Below, one piece after another: positions 46,385 to 56,327 of a stretch of 64,000 bases of DNA. Source of the DNA: Nitrososphaeria archaeon (GTDB lineage Archaea; Thermoproteota; Nitrososphaeria; Geothermarchaeales; JDFR-13); the NCBI GenBank assembly GCA_027078545.1, contig JALWXN010000004.1, forward strand, positions 384,001 to 448,000, read 5' to 3'. Made by a program: the position numbers and the translations under genes. Position 1 is the stretch's first letter, and the number at the start of each line of letters is the position of its first letter. The notes under the pieces were generated by a model. That model was given only the letters and a program-made list of their open reading frames with translations. It was not told the origin of the DNA and made no database searches.

Positions 46385-47356
46385 TTGGTAGAGGTCTGGC
46401 TCCCCTATAGAGAGGTCGAGATACCTGTCATGCTGCCCGACCCTATCAACCTGAAGATAATGCCTAAGACGGTCTATCCCCAGGTGATGGAGCGGGAGGC
46501 CCTCGAGAGGCTTAGGCTCCTCGTCGGTGAGAGGGCCACCCCCATCTATTCCCCCGTGGCCGATGAGGTGGAGAGGAGCTTTATCAGGCGCCTACTTAGG
46601 AGGGCCGGCGTGGAGGAGGGTGGGGATAGGAAGGTCTATATAGACATCTATAGGGAGGACCCCGTCCTCGGCTATAGGTCTAGCGTGTGGATACCCACGC
46701 TTATAGAGGGGGGTGTAGAGATCCTTAGGAGGGCCTTGGAGGGTGGGGTTGAGCCCAGCCCTCCCAGGGCGGTCTATATAGACCTTATACTAGACGGCGG
46801 CGCCCGGCTATATGACGTGGTAGGCTCTAGGGATGGTGGGCATCTAGGGGAGGCTAGGGAGAAGTATAGGTCTGGCTGGTGCCTCAGGTCGGAGCCTGGT
46901 AGGCTGATAGTGGCTAGTATGGGTGGGGAGCCCTGGGACTCGAGTCTCTACCTCTTCATGGTGGGCCTGGCAAAGCTGGCTAGGCTTATGGAGCCTGGCC
47001 AGACGACCTCCCTAGTCGTGGCCTCTACCAAGCAGATCGATCTGGACCCAACGATTCTTAGGGATGTAGTGCCTGAGGAGGCCTCTGATCCCAAGCTCTT
47101 CTACATAGCCTACTCCAAGAGGCTTATCAAGGATCTGAACATCGTCTATTACGGGGCCCTCCCCAGGACTATAACCAGTATACTGGGGATAAACAAGATT
47201 AGGAGTCCGGAGGCCTATATCCAGCGCCTCCCAGTGGCTCGGAAGAGGGATGTCCTCGTCATCGAGGATCTATACCTGATGAGTACCGAGCCCTGCCTAG
47301 ACTCCTATGGGGAGGGGGAGCATCAGGAAGCCGAGGATGAGGCTGAAGAAGTATAG
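46385..47356 (+). CDS. Degenerate LarA (lactate racemase)-like protein
   Basis: VWLPY..EIPV.LP N-terminus and GGEPWDSSLY resembling GG.P.D.NLYQ; shortened. Confidence 0.45.
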   Translation: MVEVWLPYREVEIPVMLPDPINLKIMPKTVYPQVMEREALERLRLLVGERATPIYSPVADEVERSFIRRLLRRAGVEEGGDRKVYIDIYREDPVLGYRSSVWIPTLIEGGVEILRRALEGGVEPSPPRAVYIDLILDGGARLYDVVGSRDGGHLGEAREKYRSGWCLRSEPGRLIVASMGGEPWDSSLYLFMVGLAKLARLMEPGQTTSLVVASTKQIDLDPTILRDVVPEEASDPKLFYIAYSKRLIKDLNIVYYGALPRTITSILGINKIRSPEAYIQRLPVARKRDVLVIEDLYLMSTEPCLDSYGEGEHQEAEDEAEEV

Positions 47357-48415
47357 TATCTTCCTCTTGGTGGATAGTGGCGTGATGTCGTTTAGGGGCC
47401 TGACTGTCCTCCCCCCGCTCAGCATGTAGAAGGCCAGTATCAGGATGGCGAATGCCACGAAGCCTATCAGTATCATGAATAGTATGGCTATGAAGGTTAT
47501 GGTGTTGTGCCTCTTCTCTCCGAAGAATGCCCTTGCGAGGTGGCCCCCGTCTAGCTGCCAGGCGGGTATCAGGTTTAGCCCGGTTATCAGCATGCCGAGC
47601 ACCGCTACGAAGGATATCGGGTCTAGGAGGACGACCGCGTCGGGGGGTATGTCCCTGAAGGTGTAGAGTATCTTGATGTATAGCCAGGGGACTGGGAAGG
47701 GTATCGGGTCCCTCCCCAGCCTCGCGAGGAACTCCTGATACTCCTCCTGTGTCAGGACGGGTGTATATGGTAGGGAGTAGAATAGGATGAGGAAGGTGGG
47801 TATGAGGCCCGCCAGTGGCCCGGCCAGTCCTATGTCGAAGAGGGCGTCCCTATTGTTTGGGGGCTCCCTCTGGGATATGACTGCTCCGAAGGTTGGTATG
47901 AAGCCTGGTACTGCGGGTATGCCGGGTATGAAGTAGGGCATCGAGGCGTCGACGCCGTATCTCCGGATCATTACTAGGTGGCCCAGCTCGTGTATCCCTA
48001 TGATGGATAGGAGCCCAACGGTGTAGAGGATCCCTGTCATAAGGGGTGTATAGGCTGGTATCAACTCGTATAGGAGTGGGGACTGGGTCTTGAAGTAGGC
48101 GTCTATTATGATCACTGCTAGGGTGGCTATGAAGAGTATTAGGGGCTTCCTACTTGGCTTAGACTCCATGAGGGGGTATTTACTGATGACTATCTCGACC
48201 TGGTCATCGGTATACTTCTTTGCGAAGGCTATGTAGCCCCTCTGCTTCAGCTCGTTGACATAGTCCATAAACTTCTCCTTGAAGTCCTTGTCGAGGCTGA
48301 CTAGGAATCTTGGGTGGCCGTGGAATATGTGTAGATCGACTACCACGAAGTATTTACTAGTGATCTCCTCGAGGAGGTCTATATCGAAGGGGCTATACTC
48401 GGTTCTCTCCTCCAT
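47297..48415 (-). CDS. Site-2 protease (M50) family
   Basis: HELGH, AGPLAG, NLIPAWQLDGG. Confidence 0.93.
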   Translation of the reverse strand: MEERTEYSPFDIDLLEEITSKYFVVVDLHIFHGHPRFLVSLDKDFKEKFMDYVNELKQRGYIAFAKKYTDDQVEIVISKYPLMESKPSRKPLILFIATLAVIIIDAYFKTQSPLLYELIPAYTPLMTGILYTVGLLSIIGIHELGHLVMIRRYGVDASMPYFIPGIPAVPGFIPTFGAVISQREPPNNRDALFDIGLAGPLAGLIPTFLILFYSLPYTPVLTQEEYQEFLARLGRDPIPFPVPWLYIKILYTFRDIPPDAVVLLDPISFVAVLGMLITGLNLIPAWQLDGGHLARAFFGEKRHNTITFIAILFMILIGFVAFAILILAFYMLSGGRTVRPLNDITPLSTKRKILYFFSLILGFLMLPLPIGV

Positions 48416-48496
48416 CCCCGGATCCCTACCCGTTCACCATGTATAATGGGGTCTCTGTAGGAATATAACGGTGACGAATAATCTATATTTTTCGAA

Positions 48497-48982
48497 GTGA
48501 GTAGGAGTGTCGAGTACCGTATAGAGAGGGTTAGGTATGAGGATCTAGGGGTGGTTAAGGCGCTTAACGAGATGCTCCTACCAGAGAACTACCCCTTCTA
48601 CTTCTACGAGACCCTCTATAGGGACTATGGCGACGCCTTCTACGTCGCCAAGGTGGGTGGGGAGATCGTCGGCTACGTTATGTGCAGGGTTGAGAAGGAG
48701 TTTAGGCTGGAGATACCCTTTAGGTTTGAGAAGGTTGGGCATATAGTCTCGATAGCTGTGAAGCCTGAGTACCGTGGGATGGGTATCGGTAGGAGCCTTA
48801 TGGAGGCGGCTATAAAGGCTCTTAGGGATAGGTATGGTGTGAAGTATGTCTATCTCGAGGTAAGGGTGTCGAACACTGGTGCCATAAGGTTCTATGAGAG
48901 GCTTGGCTTCAGGATCGTGAAGAGGGTGGGTGGATACTATAGGGATGGTGAGGATGCATATATTATGCGGCTAGACTTCTAA
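48497..48982 (+). CDS. Ard1/RimI-type N-terminal acetyltransferase
   Basis: LPENY, GHIVSIAV, RGMGIG, LEVRVSN, YYRDGEDAY. Confidence 0.93.
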   Translation: MSRSVEYRIERVRYEDLGVVKALNEMLLPENYPFYFYETLYRDYGDAFYVAKVGGEIVGYVMCRVEKEFRLEIPFRFEKVGHIVSIAVKPEYRGMGIGRSLMEAAIKALRDRYGVKYVYLEVRVSNTGAIRFYERLGFRIVKRVGGYYRDGEDAYIMRLDF

Positions 48983-49001
48983 GGATATTTGTTGTGAGAC
49001 C

Positions 49002-49640
49002 GTGTTAGACCCCGAGGTCTTGACGCTCCTCATCGAGATACAGGTCTTGACAGCGTCGGGAGCGCTAGCCCCGGGCCCGTTATCCATGGCTACTCTGGGG
49101 GCTGGGCTTAGGAGGGGTTGGAAGGCGGGGATATACGCGGCTCTGGGCCATATGCTGGCTGAGATACCAGTATTCTACCTAGTCGCCCTCAGCGTATTGA
49201 CGCTAAACACGATCGGGTTCTTCAGGCCTATACTGGCCCTACTAGGCGGGGGATACATACTCTACCTGGGCTATCTACATGTACGGATGGATGAGGTGGA
49301 GTTTAGGGCTAGGGAGGAGGTGGCCCACCCGATACTTATCGGGGCGATCTTCTCCCTCTTCAACCCATACTTCATAATATGGTGGGTCTTGATTGGGGGC
49401 ATCTTCATAACCCATGGGATAGAGGTGCTCGGCTTCAACATGCTTCCACTGGTGTATGCTGCTCATGTATGGATGGACTATGCCTGGCTAGGCTTCCTAG
49501 CCCTCGTGGCAAGTATGGGAGTCAAGAGGTTTGGGGGTAGGCTGCTCAGGCTGGTGAATATAGTGCTCGGCCTCATACTGATATACCTCGGGGCCACCTT
49601 CATCTACGACGCCGTCTACATACTCTTCCTGACGGGCTAG
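49002..49640 (+). CDS. LysE-family transporter
   Basis: GALAPGPL, GHML.E, NPYFIIWW. Confidence 0.88.
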   Translation: MLDPEVLTLLIEIQVLTASGALAPGPLSMATLGAGLRRGWKAGIYAALGHMLAEIPVFYLVALSVLTLNTIGFFRPILALLGGGYILYLGYLHVRMDEVEFRAREEVAHPILIGAIFSLFNPYFIIWWVLIGGIFITHGIEVLGFNMLPLVYAAHVWMDYAWLGFLALVASMGVKRFGGRLLRLVNIVLGLILIYLGATFIYDAVYILFLTG

Positions 49641-50737
49641 ACATATCCCAGCTCCTCGGGGCTCGGCAAGGTGTATCTCGCTCCTCTCCATACTATCTCT
49701 CTTCCCCGTGAGAGGAGTAGGAGGGGTAGCTGGATGAGGAGTATGATGGGTGCATATACCCATATACCTGCCACGGAGCCGTCGCCCACCACTTTGCTGG
49801 CGACTATGCATCTACTCCTGAGCCTTAACATATATAGGAGGTGGAGTAGGAGGGTCAGGACCGCCTCGGCCAGGCCGAGGATGCTCGGGAATAGTAGGTT
49901 GTATATTCCTACCATGGTAGCAAGCCAGACATAGCCGTGGTAGGCGGCTCCCCTCCTCCATAGTGACCGGCTATATACGTAGACTATCCTCTGTTGCCTG
50001 ATGATGAAGGAGATGGCGTCTCTAAGCCTCTCGATACCTATGTTCCTCACTAGGCTGTATAGGCTGAAGCCTATCTCTACACCCCTCTCCCTGGCTAGGT
50101 AGGTGTAGGCCACGTCGTCCGAGACGGCTCCCCTCCACATCTCGAGTAGCCTATCCACGTCTAGGAAGTCCCTGGTGAAGCATGCCGAGCCTCCCCAGAC
50201 TATCCTCGTATCCCTCCCCAGCATCGTGTCCAGGCTGTATATGCTCCATAGACTTAGGAGTATGGGGGCCTCCCTGGGGCTGTATACCCTGTAGCCTGTC
50301 GATACACCCTCTCTACAGCTCTGGATTAGAGCCCTTATCCACTTCTCATGGGGGACTATATCGTCGTCTATGAATACTATGTATCTATACCTGTCGAGAT
50401 CGAGGTTCCTGAGGGCTGTGGCTAGGTTCCTATTCTTCCCCTGGTAGCCCTCCAGCTCCTCCGCCTCCATCAGGGTTATGGCTAGGTTCTCCACATCTGG
50501 TATCTCCGGCCTATCCCCCTCGTATATGATGGCTAGGTGGGAGCCTGGTGAGGCCTCCCCAAGCCTCTCAACCAGCTCCCCAAGCCCCCATCCCGGGTCC
50601 TTCACGGGTAGGATGAATAGTACCTCCTCCGGCCTATGGGTTGGAGGCTCTGGCCCGGGGTCTAGATGGATCCCCCTTGCAACGAAGTATATCGCGTATA
50701 TAAGGCTGGCTATGAGGAGGAGGTTAAGAATCTCCAG
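49637..50737 (-). CDS. GT-A glycosyltransferase (GT2/GT21, ceramide glucosyltransferase-like); probable CTG start
   Basis: ILPVKD, GK..NL, FIDDD, WGGS, SDD, RQQR; the frame extends 44 codons upstream of the track start and includes an N-terminal TM. Confidence 0.78.
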   Translation of the reverse strand: MEILNLLLIASLIYAIYFVARGIHLDPGPEPPTHRPEEVLFILPVKDPGWGLGELVERLGEASPGSHLAIIYEGDRPEIPDVENLAITLMEAEELEGYQGKNRNLATALRNLDLDRYRYIVFIDDDIVPHEKWIRALIQSCREGVSTGYRVYSPREAPILLSLWSIYSLDTMLGRDTRIVWGGSACFTRDFLDVDRLLEMWRGAVSDDVAYTYLARERGVEIGFSLYSLVRNIGIERLRDAISFIIRQQRIVYVYSRSLWRRGAAYHGYVWLATMVGIYNLLFPSILGLAEAVLTLLLHLLYMLRLRSRCIVASKVVGDGSVAGIWVYAPIILLIQLPLLLLSRGREIVWRGARYTLPSPEELGYV

Positions 50738-50972
50738 CCTCCTCTACCTCCACCATCTCGGTGGCCACTGCCACTATGTTGTCTCCACGTATGAGTACTA
50801 GCCTGTCGTTGAAGCTCTCCTCGGGCCTCCCCCTGACCACCTCATAGTTCGAGAGGAGGAGGGAGCCGTTCCTACCGACCTCCTCCAACACCCCCTTGAC
50901 TATGCCGGTCCTAGTCTTGACGTATATCTCCCTCCCCACCAGCGACTCTAAATACTTAATCATGTCCAGCAT
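50724..50972 (-). CDS. Sm-like (Lsm/SmAP) protein
   Basis: LVGREIYVK...VKGVLEEV...LLLSN...VLIRGDNIV. Confidence 0.82.
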   Translation of the reverse strand: MLDMIKYLESLVGREIYVKTRTGIVKGVLEEVGRNGSLLLSNYEVVRGRPEESFNDRLVLIRGDNIVAVATEMVEVEEAGDS

Positions 50973-51050
50973 CTCTATCAGTAGAGATAAGGATGGCTGG
51001 GCGATATAAGTGGCCCCCTGGCTTTTCATACTTTTCCCATGTTGAAAAGG

Positions 51051-51064
51051 GAAAAGTTTATAAA
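51051..51064 (+). promoter_or_regulatory. BRE-TATA promoter of the thermosome gene
   Basis: GAAAAG-TTTATAAA canonical archaeal BRE/TATA. Confidence 0.7.
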
Positions 51065-51115
51065 TGGGTTTCATACCTTCTATAGGGTGAAAAATAGGAT
51101 TTGAAGGGTGAGACT

Positions 51116-52768
51116 ATGAGCGCACCTGCATATCCGGTTGCAGCTGGTCAGCCGATCATAATCCTGAAGGAGGGTACGACTAGGAGCAAGGGCCGCGAGG
51201 CCATGAGGAAGAATATCCTGGCAGCGAAGACAGTGGCCGAGATCGTTAGGAGCAGCCTCGGCCCAAAGGGTATGGACAAGATGCTTGTAGACAGCCTGGG
51301 CGACGTCGTAATCACCAATGACGGTGCTACGATGCTTAAGGAGATGGAGATCGAGCATCCAGCCGCCAAGATGATGGTCGAGGTTGCCAAGGCCCAGGAC
51401 GCCGAGGTCGGTGACGGTACCACCTCAGTCGTGGTCCTCGCCGGTGAGCTACTAAACAATGCTGAGAAGCTGATCGACAGGGATGTACATCCAACGGTGA
51501 TCATCGAGGGCTATAAGAAGGCACTTGACAAGGCTATCGAGTCCCTCAAGGAGATAGCTGTTAAGGTCGACCCTAACGATGACGAGCTCCTGAAGAAGGT
51601 GGCCAAGACCTCTATGAACAGTAAGCTCGTCGCTGCTTACAAGGACTACCTAGCCGAGATCGCTGTACAGGCTGTGAAGCACATCATCCAGAAGACTGAT
51701 GGCGAGGTCAAGATCGACCTGGACGACATCAAGATCGAGAAGAAGCCTGGCGGTAGCATCAAGGACACGGTGTTTGTGAGGGGTATCGTCCTGGACAAGG
51801 AGGTTGTCCACAGCGGTATGCCTAAGAGGGTTGAGAATGCTAAGATAGCCCTGATCAACGCCCCACTAGAGATTGAGAAGACAGAGTTCGACGCCAGGAT
51901 AAACATAACCAGCCCTGAGCAGATCAGGCTCTTCCTAGAGGAGGAGCACAAGATGCTGAAGGAGATGGTTGACAAGATCGCCTCCACCGGCGCCAACGTC
52001 GTTATATGCCAGAAGGGTATCGACGACGTGGCTCAGCACTACCTGGCTAAGGCCGGCATCCTAGCCGTTAGGAGGGTGAAGCAGAGCGACATGGAGAAGC
52101 TGGCAAAGGCCACCGGCGCCAGGATTGTGAACAACATCGACGACCTGACACCTGAGGACCTCGGCTATGCTGAGGTGGTTGAGGAGAGGAAGATCGAGGA
52201 CGACAAGTTCATCTTCATCGAGGGCTGCAAGAACCCGAGGGCCGTCACGATCCTAGTGAGGGGCGGTAGCGAGAGGGTGGTGGACGAGGCTGAGAGGAGC
52301 CTTGTCGACGCCCTGAACGTGGTTAAGGACGTCATCATCAGGCCTGAGATAGTGGCTGGCGGCGGTGCTGTAGAGGCTGAGCTGGCCAGCAGGATCAGGA
52401 AGTGGGCAAACAAGCTTAGCGGTAGGGAGCAGCTAGCGGCCAACGCCTTCGCAGATGCCCTGGAGATCATCCCGCTGACACTGGCTGAGAACGCTGGTCT
52501 GGACACGATCGATATCGAGGTCAGGCTTAGGAGCGCCCACAGCAAGGGCAAGACCTGGTACGGCGTCGACGTCTTCGAGGGCAAGGTCAGGGACATGTGG
52601 GAGAAGGAGGTCTTCGAGCCAGCCCTAGTGAAGGAGCAGATGTACAAGGCAGCCACGGAGGTCGCTTCGATGATCCTGAGGATCGACGATGTGATCGCAG
52701 CCAGCAAGCTCAAGGAGGAGAAGGAGAGCAAGGGCCCATCAGAGTCTGAGGAGTTCGGCACCGACTAA
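51116..52768 (+). CDS. ths: Thermosome (group II chaperonin) subunit
   Basis: [30 protein letters not shown]. Confidence 0.98.
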   Translation: MSAPAYPVAAGQPIIILKEGTTRSKGREAMRKNILAAKTVAEIVRSSLGPKGMDKMLVDSLGDVVITNDGATMLKEMEIEHPAAKMMVEVAKAQDAEVGDGTTSVVVLAGELLNNAEKLIDRDVHPTVIIEGYKKALDKAIESLKEIAVKVDPNDDELLKKVAKTSMNSKLVAAYKDYLAEIAVQAVKHIIQKTDGEVKIDLDDIKIEKKPGGSIKDTVFVRGIVLDKEVVHSGMPKRVENAKIALINAPLEIEKTEFDARINITSPEQIRLFLEEEHKMLKEMVDKIASTGANVVICQKGIDDVAQHYLAKAGILAVRRVKQSDMEKLAKATGARIVNNIDDLTPEDLGYAEVVEERKIEDDKFIFIEGCKNPRAVTILVRGGSERVVDEAERSLVDALNVVKDVIIRPEIVAGGGAVEAELASRIRKWANKLSGREQLAANAFADALEIIPLTLAENAGLDTIDIEVRLRSAHSKGKTWYGVDVFEGKVRDMWEKEVFEPALVKEQMYKAATEVASMILRIDDVIAASKLKEEKESKGPSESEEFGTD

Positions 52769-52777
52769 AACCCCAAC

Positions 52778-52799
52778 TTTTTAAATCTATAAATTTTTT
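52778..52799 (+). terminator. Oligo-T terminator tracts after the thermosome gene
   Basis: TTTTT...TTTTTT within about 30 nt of the stop. Confidence 0.55.
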
Positions 52800-52917
52800 G
52801 TATATCCCCAGCTCTTCTACCTAGCTTTCTATATTCCTTCTAAATCCTTAGTACATGTACTTTGTTAGGTGTACTTGTCTAACCTGTTACAGGTATTTTG
52901 TCGGTTGGTTGCTAGGA

Positions 52918-53109
52918 CTACTCGTTGGTCTCCTGCTTCTTCTCCTCCTCTTCCTGGGCCTTCTGGAACTCCTTCTTGGCCTGGCCTAGTGCCCTAGCCA
53001 GCTTTGGGAGCTGGTTGGGGCCCCAGATGAGGAGTATGATTATCACCGCTATGACGAAGAGGATCTCGGAGCCTCCTAGTATTGCGTATACGAGGCTGGA
53101 TAGTGGCAT
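52918..53109 (-). CDS. tatA: Twin-arginine translocase TatA/E
   Basis: GSEIL...LLIWGP.QLPKLARALGQA.KEF. Confidence 0.92.
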   Translation of the reverse strand: MPLSSLVYAILGGSEILFVIAVIIILLIWGPNQLPKLARALGQAKKEFQKAQEEEEKKQETNE

Positions 53110-53176
53110 ATTTGTTCCACACCTCCATTGAAATATAGACTGACTATACATTTAAAGTGTCTGGTAAAGAGAGTAT

Positions 53177-53776
53177 TTACTTCTCCCTCCCGAAGTCTCT
53201 CAGCCAGTACTCACTGAATACTCCCTCGACCTCCAGTATCCTCCTGATCACAGGTGATATGAGGGGCTCTCCCCCTATGATGGGGTATCTATAGGGGAGG
53301 TGGACCTCATGGTCATCACCCTTCACCGTGAGGCCATCTACATACATGATCTTATCCAGCTCCCTACCCATCTGTATCTGGCACGCGACGTATACAGCCC
53401 CGTCGATGCTGTACTGACCCTCCCCTATGCTCCTTGCCGGGAGTCCTAGCGGCTCTGTGAGGAGCTCCCTGGTCCGTCCCCTTGGTGGGTAGTCGCCGAG
53501 TATGCCTCCCACCACTAGGCTGTACCGCCTAGCCTCCATGGGTGTTAGGGCCTCCTCCGCCTTTGGGTCTAGGACTATGAGGCTGTCCCTCGGGAGTATT
53601 TCCCAGGCGTGTTGGCTGTAGACCTCGCCGTATCTAGAGAGTATCCGGGCTACCCTCCCATTCCTGATGTTTGTGTAGATGACTCTGCAGCTGGATATCT
53701 GTGCCGCGTGGATATATTCGTATAGTAGCCAGGGGCTGTAGTGCTCCTCTAGATGCTCTATGGCTATGGCCTTCAC
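53177..53776 (-). CDS. SFM1-like SPOUT methyltransferase (COG2428)
   Basis: IEHLE, LDP.A, VGGILGDYPPRGRT, QYSIDGA, LPYRYP. Confidence 0.85.
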   Translation of the reverse strand: MKAIAIEHLEEHYSPWLLYEYIHAAQISSCRVIYTNIRNGRVARILSRYGEVYSQHAWEILPRDSLIVLDPKAEEALTPMEARRYSLVVGGILGDYPPRGRTRELLTEPLGLPARSIGEGQYSIDGAVYVACQIQMGRELDKIMYVDGLTVKGDDHEVHLPYRYPIIGGEPLISPVIRRILEVEGVFSEYWLRDFGREK

Positions 53777-53861
53777 TATAATGCCCTCCGTGGGAGTATA
53801 GGAGTATATACATATACTAACCTCGACCCTATATACTCTAGGTGATCCGATACCTGTATAG

Positions 53862-55001
53862 GTGTGGATGGAGATGTCGGCCAAGCCAGGTATGTGGCCC
53901 ACACCATATGGCCCGATAACCCATAGGAAGATATTCGCCAACCTCTTGAAGGATATTATTAGGACGAATAAGTGTGTCTACTGTAGTGCCTGCGCCTCTG
54001 TCTGTCCTACCTATGCTATACAGATGCTGGATGACGTCCCCCGGCTACTAGGTGTATGTATAAAGTGTGGGTACTGCTACTACGCATGCCCCGGGACGGT
54101 TGAGGAGAAGTTCGACGGTTTTGGGGATAGGCTTAAGATTGATAGGATGGTTTTTGGGGAGGAGAGGAGTAGGGCCTTCGGCGTGTATAAGAAGGTCTTC
54201 GTCGTCAAGCCTATTGAGGATCCCGACGCCTTCCCTGAGGAGGCGGTTCTTAAGGAGATCCTGGCATATGGCATGGAGATGGGTTATTGGGACGCTGTGG
54301 CATATGGCGGTAGGGATGAGCCTGTGACGGAGGGCCTCCTCAGCTACCAGGTAGTGGGTTGGAAGTCTAGGCCTAGCTATAAGCTGAGCCCAGAGGAGGT
54401 TAGGTCTATCAAGCTCAAGGTGTTTAGCCAGCCCCCCACGATACTGGGGCTGAGGGGTGCTATAGACGAGTTGAAGGGTGGGTTCTTCCAGGGTGTTGAG
54501 AATCCACGTGTAGCTATCCTGGGCCCCCCGGAGCATATAAGGAGTATCTGGAGGGGCCGCTTCTCCTGGGCTGGCCACACCAAGCTGCTCAGGACCGTCG
54601 TCTTCATGGCGTCCTACTTCCATAGGAGGTTCTATATGCCGGGTAAGCTCACAGCTATACTGGCTAAGAAGGGTGTTAACTGGAATCAGATAGAGGATGT
54701 GGAGTATGTCGATGGTGGGCTCAGGATAAAGGCTGGTGATAAGTGGGTCGAGCTTAGTGGTGAGGAGCTCGAACCAGCTGTGAACAAGGCTATCGAGGAG
54801 GTTAACGACGTGACTGGTGAGTATGCTGATCTATCGGCTGGCAGGGTTGATGGTATCGAGGGGGTGGTCGTGATAGCTAGGACGGATAGGGCTGTCGAGG
54901 TTGTCTCCAGGGCCATAGAGGCCGGGAGGCTCGAGAAGATCGATGTTGATGAGGAGAGGGTTTTGTCTGCCTTGGAAGCCCTGTATGGAGGTGGTTCCTA
55001 G
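53862..55001 (+). CDS. FpoF/FqoF-like protein: 2[4Fe-4S] ferredoxin module plus degenerate FrhB-like domain
   Basis: CVYCSACASVCP and CIKCGYCYYACP; EYADLSAG and VVIARTDRA as in the FrhB C-terminus. Confidence 0.72.
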   Translation: MWMEMSAKPGMWPTPYGPITHRKIFANLLKDIIRTNKCVYCSACASVCPTYAIQMLDDVPRLLGVCIKCGYCYYACPGTVEEKFDGFGDRLKIDRMVFGEERSRAFGVYKKVFVVKPIEDPDAFPEEAVLKEILAYGMEMGYWDAVAYGGRDEPVTEGLLSYQVVGWKSRPSYKLSPEEVRSIKLKVFSQPPTILGLRGAIDELKGGFFQGVENPRVAILGPPEHIRSIWRGRFSWAGHTKLLRTVVFMASYFHRRFYMPGKLTAILAKKGVNWNQIEDVEYVDGGLRIKAGDKWVELSGEELEPAVNKAIEEVNDVTGEYADLSAGRVDGIEGVVVIARTDRAVEVVSRAIEAGRLEKIDVDEERVLSALEALYGGGS

Positions 55002-55373
55002 ATGACGATAGGTCCCTTCGAGGCCTTCTGGATATATGTGATACTATTCTTCCTAACATCGCTGGGGACTATCGAGGTTGCCTGGCTACTATCGAGCAAG
55101 AGGAAAGAGCCGGAGAAGTATAAGGCTTTCGAGGCTGGGCAGCCGATGGATGTCGTGCCTAACGAGGTGGGGCTCTTCGGGTCTATACGCTACTTCGCCT
55201 ATGCCATGGCCTTCTTCGTCCTAGACGCCTTTGTATGGATCCTCTTCGCCAGCCTGACCGCCCTGAGGATCCTCTCCTCCTTTGCTGCGATGGCCCTATT
55301 CATATATATATCGATACTCTTAGTCGGTCTCTGGTATTACATTATCCGTGTCTTGGAGGTGTATAGGGGATGA
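55002..55373 (+). CDS. nuoA: Complex I-like subunit A
   Basis: 3 TM; KYKAFEAG, RYFAYAMAF. Confidence 0.9.
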   Translation: MTIGPFEAFWIYVILFFLTSLGTIEVAWLLSSKRKEPEKYKAFEAGQPMDVVPNEVGLFGSIRYFAYAMAFFVLDAFVWILFASLTALRILSSFAAMALFIYISILLVGLWYYIIRVLEVYRG

Positions 55374-55879
55374 GTGGTAACGGGGAGTATAAGGCTGGGC
55401 TCCTCGAGAAGATGCCTAAGACTATTAGGAAGATGTTTAACTGGGGGAGGAGCTTCAGCCTATGGCCTGTACACCTCGTGACGGGGTGCTGCAGCCCCGA
55501 GTATATGCAGCTCTTCGGGCCTAGGTATGACCTGGAGAGGTGGGGTGTCCTCCCACTAGCCTCTTCACGCCAGAGCGATGTCATGATATTCGTGGGTAAC
55601 GTGGCTAGGAAGATGATGCTCAGGGCTAAGAGGGTGTATGAGCAGATGCCCGAGCCTAAATGGGTATATGTCATAGGGGCCTGTGCATCTAGTAAGGGGC
55701 CATTCCCCGAGAGCTACAGCCTCGTAAGGGTTAAGGACTATATGAAGGTGGACATGTTCGTGGCTGGCTGTCCACCTAAGCCGGAGGCTATCCACTACGG
55801 CTTCCTCAAGCTTAGGGAGAAGGTCTTGAACGAGGTAGGTGGCGGTGGATCCGCAGAGACTGTCAAGCCTACTCAGTGA
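55370..55879 (+). CDS. nuoB: Complex I-like subunit B
   Basis: GCCSPE, YEQMPEPKWV..GAC, GCPP. Confidence 0.95.
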   Translation: MSGNGEYKAGLLEKMPKTIRKMFNWGRSFSLWPVHLVTGCCSPEYMQLFGPRYDLERWGVLPLASSRQSDVMIFVGNVARKMMLRAKRVYEQMPEPKWVYVIGACASSKGPFPESYSLVRVKDYMKVDMFVAGCPPKPEAIHYGFLKLREKVLNEVGGGGSAETVKPTQ

Positions 55880-56327
55880 GAGGTTTGGGGATAAGCTACA
55901 GGTGGTGAGGGTAGAGCCCCGCCGCCTATACATCAAGGTGGACCACTCCATAGCCCATGATGTAGCTAGGATGTTGAAGGAGCAGGGCTTCGTCATGCCT
56001 ATAACGATGGGTGGGACGGACTTCCCGAAGAAGAATGTCATCGAGATCTTCTACGGCGTGTGGTCGCCGGATCATGACTTCGTAGTCGTGATGAAGTTTG
56101 ATATCGATAGGAATGAGCCTAGGTTCAAGACGTTTATAGATATCTGGCCAGGGGTCCATAACTATGAGAGGGAGACCTGGGAGCTCCTAGGAGTGGATAT
56201 CGAGGGGCATCCCAGGCTGAAGCTCCTCCTCCTACCGGATGACTGGAGCTTCGAGGAGGAGGGGCACCCGCTTAGGAAGGACTTCGACGCCACTAAATAT
56301 AGGAGTCCATGGGGTGACGAGAGATGA
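55839..56327 (+). CDS. nuoC: Complex I-like subunit C
   Basis: YERETWELLG..GHP, HPLRKDF. Confidence 0.93.
   Translation: MAVDPQRLSSLLSERFGDKLQVVRVEPRRLYIKVDHSIAHDVARMLKEQGFVMPITMGGTDFPKKNVIEIFYGVWSPDHDFVVVMKFDIDRNEPRFKTFIDIWPGVHNYERETWELLGVDIEGHPRLKLLLLPDDWSFEEEGHPLRKDFDATKYRSPWGDER

Noticed and set aside
52850-52894. Short palindromes AGTACATGTACT and ACCTGTTACAGGT
   Set aside because: They lie between convergent gene ends and are too short to separate from chance; not a CRISPR array. No CRISPR repeats were seen anywhere in the window.
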